This document shows positions 21,537-32,274 of a stretch of DNA of 36,136 bases, in pieces. The notes beneath the pieces are model-generated. The model was given only the letters and a program-made list of their open reading frames with translations, was not told where the DNA came from and did no database searches. Source of the DNA: Macrostomum lignano (taxonomy: Eukaryota); contig NIVC01003069.1 of assembly GCA_002269645.1 (NCBI GenBank), forward strand, positions 1-36,136. Direction: 5' to 3'. Position 1 is the first letter of the stretch. Each line of letters opens with the position of its first letter. The position numbers and the translations under genes were made by a program.

Positions 21537-23045
21537 TCAGTGCCTGCCGCGGCCCGTCTTGTGAGTGTAGAACTTGTTGAAGTTCTCGGTGATGATGGGC
21601 ACCGGGATGGCCAGGGTCAGCACTCCCGCGATCGCGCACACGGAGCCCACCACCATGCCCAGCGGGCCCTTCGGCACCTTGTCGCCGTAGCCCACGGTGC
21701 ACATGGTGATCACCGCCCACCAGAATGCGTCCGGGATGCTCTCGATCTGCGAGCCCTTCACCTCGGCTTCCACATAGTAGATGGTGGAGGAGAACAGCAG
21801 GATGCAGACGATCAGCGCCACCAGGAAGAGGCCGAGGCCCTCGATGCTCGCTCTGAAGGTCAGCACCAGCACCTGGAGGCCGTCGAAGTGCTTGGTGAGC
21901 TTGAACACCCGGATGAGGCGGACCACGCGGAGGAAGGCGAGCGAGGCGCTGGACTTGGCGCCCTCGCAGCTCATGGTGATGAGCACGTTGGTGAGCGTCA
22001 CGTAATACGGCACGATGGCCGAGAAGTCCACGGCGTTCTTGATGTCCTTGATGAAGGCCTTCTTGGACGGGCAGACTGCGAAGCGGATGACGAGCTCCAG
22101 GGTGAACCAGGCGGTGCAGGCGGACTCGATTATAAAAAACGGGTCGAGGAAGTTGGGCAGCTCGTGGGCCACGCAGTGCGAATCCTTGAACTCCTTGAGC
22201 GTCTCCACACAGAACAGGATGATGGAGATGACGGTGAACAGCACGGATATGATGGCCACCAGGAAGGCGGGCGTGCTGGTCTCCGGGTACTCGAACAGCA
22301 TCCAGATCTTGCGCTTGACCGGGTGCTCGGGCAGCACCACAGTCTCCGAGATGTAGCCCTCGTCCTTCTTGTAGGCGTCGATGACCTCCCGCTCGATCTC
22401 GTAGAACTCCAGCTCGGACAGGAAGATGTCGTCCGTGACGTTCGGCGGGCGCTTCAGCTTGCCGCCGTACTGATAGTAGTTGAAGATGGCCTCGAAGGTG
22501 GGCCGGTGCCGGTCGAAGAAGTACTCGTGGTGCCGCCTGTCGAAGTACTTGGCCCGCTTCTGCGGGTTGCCCAGCAGGGTGCGCGGGTGCTGGTTCAGGA
22601 CGCCCAGGCGGGTCTCGAAGTGCATGCCGGACACGTTCAGGCGGACGCGCTCGCAGCCGAGGAAGTGACAGTCGTGGAAGGCGCCCGCAACTGCCGGTGG
22701 CTGCGCTCGGAAATGCCTCGGCGAGGGCTGCGCAGATGAGGACTGCGGCGAGTCTTCCAAGCGGGAGCGGGGCCGCTGGTTGCGCGGCTGCTGCTGCGGC
22801 TGCCGCTCGGGCTCGGCCTCGTCTGCTGACCCTTCCGAGTCGTCGGAGTCGCGGCTCGATCGCCGCTGGTACAAATGCAGGTGCGAGGTCCTGGGCTCGA
22901 ATCTAACTAGCTTGTTGTGCGACTTGTAGCTGCTCCGCTCGATGTGTGACTGGGTCTGGTAGGTGATCATGCTCAGGTCCTCCCTGGAGTGGCTCCCGCC
23001 GCCTCCATAGGAGCTGGGGCTCATGTAGGAGGGCACGTACAGCAT
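21537..23045 (-). CDS. Shaker: Shaker/Kv1-family voltage-gated potassium channel alpha subunit, 502 aa, intronless CDS
   Basis: T1 domain (RVRLNVSGMHFET..EYFFDRHRPTFEAIFNYYQYGGKLKRP), S1-S6, pore PDAFWWAVITMCTVGYGD, S6 PVP gate (AIPVPII). An in-frame TAG lies upstream of the ATG. Confidence 0.97.
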   Translation of the reverse strand: MLYVPSYMSPSSYGGGGSHSREDLSMITYQTQSHIERSSYKSHNKLVRFEPRTSHLHLYQRRSSRDSDDSEGSADEAEPERQPQQQPRNQRPRSRLEDSPQSSSAQPSPRHFRAQPPAVAGAFHDCHFLGCERVRLNVSGMHFETRLGVLNQHPRTLLGNPQKRAKYFDRRHHEYFFDRHRPTFEAIFNYYQYGGKLKRPPNVTDDIFLSELEFYEIEREVIDAYKKDEGYISETVVLPEHPVKRKIWMLFEYPETSTPAFLVAIISVLFTVISIILFCVETLKEFKDSHCVAHELPNFLDPFFIIESACTAWFTLELVIRFAVCPSKKAFIKDIKNAVDFSAIVPYYVTLTNVLITMSCEGAKSSASLAFLRVVRLIRVFKLTKHFDGLQVLVLTFRASIEGLGLFLVALIVCILLFSSTIYYVEAEVKGSQIESIPDAFWWAVITMCTVGYGDKVPKGPLGMVVGSVCAIAGVLTLAIPVPIITENFNKFYTHKTGRGRH

Positions 23046-23172
23046 GCCGACGCTTTTCTCTGCCCGGCTCGCCCTATCGCGATTGGCGCGCTGCTATTGG
23101 CTGCTGCCGTTGCTGCGGGCTCCGGCCATAGGGGGGCTACGGGCCGCGAATTCCTCCAGCAATCCCTGCCGG

Positions 23173-23235
23173 CTGCAAGGGCGGGCGGCGGTGAGAATTC
23201 AGCGAAATGCAAGAAGAGAGAAGTGGAAAATTGAA
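23173..23235 (-). promoter_or_regulatory. 3' splice acceptor (polypyrimidine tract + TTGCAG) upstream of the Kv1 ATG
   Basis: The minus strand reads TTCAATTTTCCACTTCTCTCTTCTTGCATTTCGCTGAATTCTCACCGCCGCCCGCCCTTGCAG|, ending 127 nt before the ATG. Confidence 0.6.
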
Positions 23236-23606
23236 TTTTTATATCAGGCCTGATTATCGGCCAGTTTTGCCCGCTCGGCCGGCCCGCTGATTTCAGGGGG
23301 CGGTGAGCACTCAGCCCGGACCGGCAAAAAGCCCCGAGCTCAATCTAATTTGCCCGGCCCCCGGCACGCCAGGAGGCAGAGCAGCGGACCGGAGCCCCGC
23401 CAACAATGAGAGCCGGCAGGGTGGCTCTCGTAGAGAAGAATGTTCGTGCGCTGCCCCCGGCTGCTTGTTTTTGGAATCGAAACTTCCCGTGCCGCCTGAG
23501 CAAACCGGGCCTCTGATTCCCTCCTGACCTCGGAAAGTCAACATGGGCTCTCCTTGCCGCCTTTCCGCCCGGCCACTTCATCGATCCGTTGGGTATCTCT
23601 GGCTGC

Positions 23607-23752
23607 GGGAGCTGTCCCTGAGCCTGAGCTGTGCCTGAGCCTGAGCTATCCCTGAGCCTGAGCTGTCCCTGAGCCTGAGCTGTCCCTGAGCCTGAGCTGT
23701 CCCTGAGCCTGAGCTATCCCTGAGCCTGAGCTGTCCCTGAGCCTGAGCTGTC
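23607..23752. repeat. 17-bp tandem repeat CTGAGCCTGAGCTGTCC, about 8 copies
   Basis: Directly visible. Confidence 0.95.
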
Positions 23753-24295
23753 CTGCTCCCCACTCTGACTAACCAGTGGCAGCAGATCTTCATTTTTGGC
23801 ATCCCTTTAATCGTCCGGTTCTGATAGCTTGTCGGGCGGCTTGTTAGCGATGGCTCTCGGTGGCTCACCCTCCGAGGTTACTCGCGAAGCACTCTCGCTT
23901 CCAATCACGGTTTCACAGTTTCTTAAGGCTTTATGATGCATGCGATTCAATGCGTGCTGCGGATTGAGACATCAGAAGCCACTCATGCTACTGGCAGTAG
24001 TGCAGTGCTACAGTGACTTTCCGTGGTGGAGTTTTTATATTAGAAGCTGGGCGAGCGGCACGAAGGCCTTGAGGCTCGTCTGCAGTTTGAAACGAGTTCT
24101 TTGTTTTTCTGTCAGCCCCATTTTCAAAGCTGCCACAGGCTGCAAACAGCGGGAAGGGGGCCGCGGGCAAACACGGCACGCTGCTCCGCCTGCCTGCCGC
24201 AGCTCGCGATGCAGCGGAAGAGGCTGGGGTGCTGGGCTGGGCAAACTTTGTGACACCTGGCAGAAACCAGCTGCTGCCGACAGTGTCTTGCTCCA

Positions 24296-25335
24296 GCTGA
24301 CACTGGCACTTTCTGTTTGAGCCTTCCCCACCTGACACTTTCTGTCTGAGCCTTCACTACCTGACACTTTTTGTTTGAGCCTTCCCCACCTGACACTTTC
24401 TGTTTGAGCCTTCCCCACCTGACACTTTCTGTTTGAGCCTTCACTACCTGACACTTTCTGTTTGAGCCTTCACTACCTGACACTTTCTGTCTGAGCCTTC
24501 ACTACCTGACACTTTCTGTTTGAGCCTTCACTACCTGACACTTTCTGTCTGAGCCTTCACTACCTGACACTTTCTGTTTGAGCCTTCACTACCTGACACT
24601 TTCTGTCTGAGCCTTCACTACCTGACACTTTCTGTTTGAGCCTTCACTACCTGACACTTTCTGTTTGAGCCTTCACTATCTGACACTTTCTGTTTGAGCC
24701 TTCACTACCTGACACTTTCTGTCTGAGCCTTCACTACCTGACACTTTCTGTTTGAGCCTTCACTACCTGACACTTTCTGTTTGAGCCTTCCCCACCTGAC
24801 ACTTTCTGTCTGAGCCTTCACTACCTGACACTTTCTGTTTGAGCCTTCCCCACCTGACACTTTCTGTCTGAGCCTTCACTACCTGACACTTTTGTTTGAG
24901 CCTTCCCCACCTGACACTTTCTGTCTGAGCCTTCACTACCTGACACTTTCTGTTTGAGCCTTCCCCACCTGACACTTTCTGTCTGAGCCTTCACTACCTG
25001 ACACTTTCTGTCTGAGCCTTCACTACCTGACACTTTCTGTCTGAGCCTTCACTACCTGACACTTTCTGTCTGAGCCTTCCCCACCTGACACTTTCTGTCT
25101 GAGCCTTCCCCACCTGACACTTTCTGTTTGAGCCTTCCCCACCTGACACTTTATGTTTGAGCCTTCCCCACCTGACACTTTCTGTCTGAGCCTTCACTAC
25201 CTGACACTTTCTGTTTGAGCCTTCACTACCTGACACTTTCTGCCCTGAGCCTTCACTACCTGACACTTTCTGCCCTGAGCAACACTGTCTGACACTTCTG
25301 TTCTGAGCCTTCACTGCCTGACACTTCTCCCTGAA
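24296..25335. repeat. 29-bp minisatellite CTGACACTTTCTGT(T/C)TGAGCCTTC(ACT/CCC)AC, about 35 copies
   Basis: Directly visible. Confidence 0.98.
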
Positions 25336-27792
25336 GCACTCTGTTCAGAGACCGTTTCCTAATTAATGTAAATCCCCGCAAACAAGGGGTTCCAACTGCT
25401 TACGGGGGCGGCATGCGGAGAAGCAACGCTCGCACTGCAGCACCAGTTCCAGTTCTCCGCAGAAGCAATCAAGCAAGCTATATTTATCTCATCAAAAGCA
25501 GCAACTCCAGCTTCCCCAGCCCCATCTTCCAGACAACACAGGAGACGCCTGGTGTGTCCCTAGGAAGAGGAACAGAGCTGGGGCTGACAGGCGAGGCACT
25601 TCAAGTGACCGGCTGTCAGCAAGTGACGCTGAAATGTCAGCGAATTGAAGAGAGTGACGATTGAATGGCCGGGAGGGCCCTTTGAAAGGGTTTCTTCTAG
25701 TAGAAGAATGATAGCAACGCAGCAATCGAGCTTCGGCAAGCTCCATGCACTGCGGGAGCCGGCGACGGGCGGCTCTCGGCCGTCCGAGCGGGAAATCGAT
25801 GGCCGATTCGTTAGACCGATTGATTCCTGCGGCTGCCAGGGGGAGGCTGGGAGACCGCGGCGGGCTGCAGGAGCTGCATGGGAAGCGCGGCCTGCTGCTG
25901 CACTGCAGGAATCGATCAGGCAGCTGGCCTGCCCCAAACCCTCCAACCAGGCCCCCAAGCGGGCCTCCGGATTTCACTATCTTTCGGCAACAAATTTGCG
26001 AGATGGGGCAGTCGCTAACGAGCGGCCGGGCGCGCGGAAGACGGACTCTCTTCTAGGAGGAGTTCAAGACAGCTGAAACAAGTTCAAGCGGCAGCTTGGA
26101 GACTGTTCGGAGTACTGTTTGAGGACACACGGATATGCACTCGGGACCTGCAGTGCCAGCCAGCCCAGGGCTCAGAACACACCCGGGACCTGCAGTATAA
26201 ACCCTGTAGCACAGTTACACACCGTCAGAGACTCCTCAGACTCAAAGGCTGGAGCTGTGGGACCAACAGCAACTTGCCGAAATAGGCGGTAAAGGCGTGC
26301 TAACATGGAAGCCAAAGAAGCTGTTTTCCGTCCCTCCCTGAGGAACCCTGCAGCTGACAATGGGGGGGGGCTTGAAGTCGCTAATTTTAATTTCCCAACT
26401 GCAGCAGCGCTCTGACCTTTAAATCTCAGTCCGCACTGATTCACTCCGCAGCCGGGGGTGCCGCATCCCCGCCAACTCCGGTTCGTGTTGCTATGCGCCC
26501 CGTGACGCCCGCCGCTCAAGCTTGTAAATCCCGCTCTCCAGCGGCCACAATGGGATTTTTAATCCGTGTTGATCGCGCCTGACCCCCAGGGGCAGAGTCG
26601 GCAGGGCTAAATGCTCCGGTGCACTCAGCCTGCAGCGGTGTTGCCTCACCTCCTTTTTTCTATCAGTTTTTATTCAGATGAAACGCTGCAGAGGATTCCT
26701 GAGCCATTAAGGCAGATGGCGCTGACGAAGCTGAGCTCACAGGCCTCATGTTTTATGCCACTGTGGGCCACAGCTGCAGCCCGAATTTCGCATCGGAACT
26801 GAGCAGCCTGAGCGCTTGAATGGCTCGGAAAAAATCACTGGGCGCGCTGCTGGGGCAGCTGCACGCGCTGCTCAGACTGGGAGACAAAGCCAGCACCGGC
26901 CATTCATTCTGAGTCTCCCGCAAAAAGCATTTTTAAACCGTTTGACTGTCTGCCCCAGGCCCGGCAATCCCATTTGCCAGCTGATGCTCCCTGACTGCAG
27001 CTGCAAAGCCGGCAAGAAGAGGGGAAGGCAAAGTCGCGGCAAAGTACTCCGCATTTCCCCCGCCCCGAGTACAAACAGGTTCTCACCAGAATTTTTTAGT
27101 ACCAAGTCCTGAGCTCGAGTCCTGTGGGAATCAGCTGAGTAGCGTCCGCTGCTCAGCTCTCCAAGCAGTCACGGTCCGCCTCGGCTCCTTCCTCCTGCGC
27201 CCGGCCTCCCTTAACTCCCTCCCGCGAGCCCCCCCCCCCACTCCCAGATCCTGCCGCCTCTCATTGGCCTCCGGCGCTCCCAAATCCTCAGCGTTGGCCG
27301 CGAATTGGGGAGGCCCCCGAAATCAGCAACTTCAAAAGAATTTCCACCGACACGGCCGGCCCAACAACCTCCAGCAGCCCCCCCCCCCGAGGACTGACTT
27401 CCGCTCCGCTCCACTCCTGCCGCCGAGGCCTTCAGCCTTCCCCTCTTCCTCTCCGCCCCTGGCTTCTGTCTTCCGCCCGGCCTCAATTGAATTTTGGCGC
27501 TTCTTGTGCGGCAACACGGGCGGAGGGCGGAGGAGGGGGTCTTCAAGCCGCAGTCTGACTGGGTGAGCACGCCCCCCGCAGAGCTGAGGCTGCGGTTCTT
27601 GAGTATCTGCTCACGATCGGCTGCCCGGGTGTCGGTCGATTTGATAACAGACCGAGCTGGGAAAGGCAAACTGGCCTCATTAGCCTGATGTCTGCCATCG
27701 GTTGTGAAAGTGCAAATTGGTCATTTGCCGGCTGGTTAATATGCTGGGGAACTGTTGACCTCACTGAGTGACTGAAACATTCATTGGACTAT

Positions 27793-30152
27793 AAACATCC
27801 TCCTAGTGCAATCAACATCCTCATAGTGCAACCAGCATTCTCATAGTGCAATCAACACCCTCAAAGTGCAATCAGCATCCTCACAGTGCAATCAACACCC
27901 TCATAGTACAATCAGCATCCTCACAGTGCAATCAACATCCTCACAGTGCAATTAACACTCTAATCGTGCAATCAACACCCTCACAGTGCAATCAACATCC
28001 TCACAGTGCAATCAACATCCTCACAGTGCAATCAACATCCTCACAGTGCAATCAACACCCTCACAGTGCAATCAACATCCTCACAGTGCAATCAACACTC
28101 TAATCGTGCAATCAACACCCTCACAGTGCAATCAACACCCTCACAGTGCAATAAACATCCTCACAGTGCAATCAACATCCTCACAGTGCAATCAACATCC
28201 TCACAGTGCAATCAACATCCTCACAGTGCAATCAACATCCTCACAGTGCAATCAACATCCTCACAGTGCAATCAACACCCTCACAGTGCAATCAACACCC
28301 TCACAGTGCAATAAACATCCTCACAGTGCAATCAACACCCTCAAAGTGCAATCAGCATCCTCACAGTGCAATCAACACCTCATAGTGCAATCAGCATCCT
28401 CACAGTGCAATCAACATCCTCATAGTGCAATTAACACTCTAATCGTGCAATCAACACCCTCATAGTGCAATCAGCATCCTCACAGTGCAATCAACATCCT
28501 CATAGTGCAATTAACACTCTAATCGTGCAATCAACACCCTCACAGTGCAATCAACATCCTCACAGTGCAATCAACATCCTCACAGTGCAATCAACACCCT
28601 CACAGTGCAATAAACATCCTCACAGTGCAATCAACACCCTCATAGTGCAACAGCATTCTCATAGTGCAATCAACACCCTCAAGTGCAATCAACACCCTCA
28701 CAGTGCAATCAGCATCCTCACAGTGCAATCAACATCCTCACAGTGCAATTAACACTCTAATCGTGCAATCAACACCCTCACAGTGCAATCAACATCCTCA
28801 CAGTGCAATCAACATCCTCACAGTGCAATAAACATCCTCACAGTGCAATCAACATCCTCACAGTGCAATCAACATCCTCACAGTGCAATCAACATCCTCA
28901 CAGTGCAATCAACATCCTCACAGTGCAATCAACATCCTCACAGTGCAATCAACACCCTCACAGTGCAATCAACACCCTCACAGTGCAATAACACCCTCAC
29001 AGTGCAATAAACATCCTCACAGTGCAATCAACATCCTCACAGTGCAATCAACATCCTCACAGTGCAATCAACACCCTCACAGTGCAATCAACATCCTCAC
29101 AGTGCAATCAACATCCTCACAGTGCAATCAACACCTCACAGTGCAATCAACACCCTCACAGTGCAATAAACATCCTCACAGTGGAATCAACACCCTCATA
29201 GTGCAACAGCATTCTCATAGTGCAATCAACACCTCAAGTGCAATCAACACCCTCATAGTGCAATCAGCATCCTCACAGTGCAATCAACATCCTCATAGTG
29301 CAATTAACACTCTAATCGTGCAATCAACACCCTCACAGTGCAATCAACATCCTCACAGTGCAATCAACATCCTCATAGTGCAATTAACACTCTAATCGTG
29401 CAATCAACACCCTCACAGTGCAATCAACACCCTCATAGTGCAATCAACATCCTCACAGTGCAATCAACACCCTCACAGTGCAATCAACACCCTCACAGTG
29501 CAATCAACACCCTCACAGTGCAATAAACATCCTCACAGTGCAATCAACACCCTCATAGTGCAATCAACACCCTCACAGTGCAATCAACATCCTCACAGTG
29601 CAATTAACACTCTAATCGTGCAATCAACACCCTCACAGTGCAATCAACATCCTCACAGTGCAATCAACATCCTCACAGTGCAATCAACACCCTCACAGTG
29701 CAATCAACACCCTCACAGTGCAATCAACTCCCTCACAGTGCAATCAACACCCACAGTGCAATCAACACCTCACAGTGCAATCAACACCCTCATAGTGCAA
29801 TCAACACCCTCACAGTGCAATCAACATCCTCACAGTGCAATTAACACTCTAATCGTGCAATCAACACCCTCACAGTGCAATCAACATCCTCACAGTGCAA
29901 TCAACATCCTCACAGTGCAATCAACACCCTCACAGTGCAATCAACACCCTCACAGTGCAATCAACTCCCTCACAGTGCAATCAACACCCTCACAGTGCAA
30001 TCAACATCCTCACAGTGCAATAAACATCCTCACAGTGCAATCAACATCCTCAAAGTGCAATCAACACCCTCACAGTGCAATCAACACCCTCATAGTGCAA
30101 TCAACACCCTCACAGTGCAATCAACATCCTCACAGTGCAATTAACATCCTCG
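27793..30152. repeat. 20-bp minisatellite CCTCACAGTGCAATCAACA(T/C), roughly 115 copies
   Basis: Directly visible. Confidence 0.98.
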
Positions 30153-31152
30153 TCGTTAATACAAAATCCTTATAGTTAATCCTCATCGCAAAACCAACCT
30201 TTTTTGTGAAAGCAACATCATCGCTGTTTAACAAACATCCTTATTGGCGCGTCAACATCCTTGAACCGCCGCAAAAAGCGCTGCGTCAGTGGAAAATGCC
30301 AGCGCTATGATTTCCAGCCAATAAGGGCAGCAGAAATGCAGCGGGAGGCGGCAGCACCCAGCCTGCAGATTGGCGGACTGATTAGTAAACTCGGGCCAAA
30401 TCCGAAACACACCGGGCGGGTGTCCGCACTCGATGAGCAAAACAGAAACTCGAAGTTGCGCGGTTGGGAGGCCGGCCGCCCCGCCCTACCCTGGCTGGCT
30501 GGCTCTGATTTTGGATTCCAGATCGGCACGGCCCGCGGCGGGAACATGACTGATTGCGGCACAGCTGCCAGAGCCCCGCGCCAGTCAGTCAGCCAGGGCG
30601 GACAGCAGAGCCCGCGATAACTGGAAAAGTGCGAATTCCGGACACGGGCCGATCTCGAGCCAGAAGATGAGGCGCCGATCGAAAATGACCAGAGCCGCTT
30701 GGAGTAAATCCGGTTCTGCTCACCGAGAATGAGGAAGAGCGGCGGGAGGAGCTCTTTGTGAGGGACAAATGCGATCCTGGGGGAGGCTTAATTAATTCGC
30801 CAATCATTCCAGCCCGCTGCCCAGCACGAGTCTCTTCCGGGCCGCTGCTTTACCGCCGCCACTTGCTGGCAAATTTCGAATCCCGGAATTCAGGACAGGG
30901 GCCGGCCGCCGGGACCTCGGGCTGCTCCTCTTTGAGCAGCCGATGCTAATCTGTCAATCAGCCTGCTGTAAATGGGACATGAGCTCATGGACAACTCGAC
31001 CGAGAAGGGTTCCTCGAAAACATCATTGTTTCCTTTTTCAAATTTTGCTGGAGAAAGAAGCAACAAGAAACAAGCAAGTCAGTGATGAAGTTCCAACGAA
31101 ATATCTGCTGTTTCTGTTGCATTTTCTAGACAGTTTGATCTTGACGAGTTTG

Positions 31153-31386
31153 GCTATGGCAAAACCCCACTCTGTACAGTTAATGCGGACCTAAGCACAA
31201 GTCTATGGCTAAACCCCGTTTCATATAGTTAATGCAGCTCAGCACAAGTCTATGGCAAAACCCCGTTCCATATAGTTAATGCAGCTCAGCACAAGTCTAT
31301 GGCAAAACCCCGTTCCCTATAGTTAATGCAGCTCAGCACAAGTCTATGGCAAAACCCCGTTCCATATAGTTAATGCAGCTCAGCAC
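31153..31386. repeat. 47-bp tandem repeat, about 4-5 copies
   Basis: Unit GCACAAGTCTATGGCAAAACCCCGTTCCATATAGTTAATGCAGCTCA. Confidence 0.93.
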
Positions 31387-32274
31387 ATGAAAACCTACAA
31401 AATGTTACAACGAGAACAGCTTTGAAGTTGAGAAGTTGAGATACTGCAGTTTATTTGTGATTTGGGAAGTGCAGGGACAGCGCAAGAGCTACTGGTCGAT
31501 ATCCCATTTAGTACGAGTGGTCCAGTTCCATCAGGCTGGCCCGCCCGCATCGGCACAACGGTTCGCGATGAGCAGTGAATCAATCTAAATGAGTAATTGG
31601 ACCCGAGTTTAACAGAGCGATTCCATTGATTTTCAACAGAGTGGCTGGCACAGCAGTGGGTTGGGGGGGGCTTTAATTTGCGTGCTCTGCTAGTGAAAAG
31701 GGGGAGGCCTGAGGCCTATGAAGTCCCACTGCTGCCTTGCATGACTGAGCAAGGCGAGGCTCACTCTGAGATAAGAGACGGGGGCAGAATTCACAATTCC
31801 AGGTGGGACCGGAGACGCTGTGGCAGAGGCGCTGCCAAGCCCTCCTGTCCGACTCAAAATCCTGCTCAAACTGCTGCTGGGGGTGGCTGGGGATTTGAGG
31901 AGAAAGTGCAGGCTGGGCCAGCGAGACAATTGAGTGACGGGGGGGGGGGGGGCTGGGAGGAGCCGCACCGCTCCCAGTGAGGACTGACAGGAGGGTGGGG
32001 ATCGAGAGCCGCTCCCGGCTGGGCCCAAAAACTCCCGCCTGCCCCCCTTTGGCACTCGAAAGCTGCGCTCTGCCGCCAGCTGAAAATTGCAGCCTGCCGC
32101 CCATTGATTTGGGGGCTCCGGGACTGCTCCGTGTTTGATTTTCTTGAGACGCCTCAAGATAATGGCTGCTGGTGTTGCACTGCTCAAATTCTACCTGTGC
32201 TTCCTTAGTTTCCAAAAGGAATTTTCTGCACCTGGAAATGCCTGTCCTATTGGGCATGTAAGGTTGTGAAGACT

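Noticed and set aside
21468-22739. 423-aa ORF antisense to the Kv1 gene
   Set aside because: Shadow ORF expected from GC3-rich codon usage on the opposite strand; no recognisable domain.
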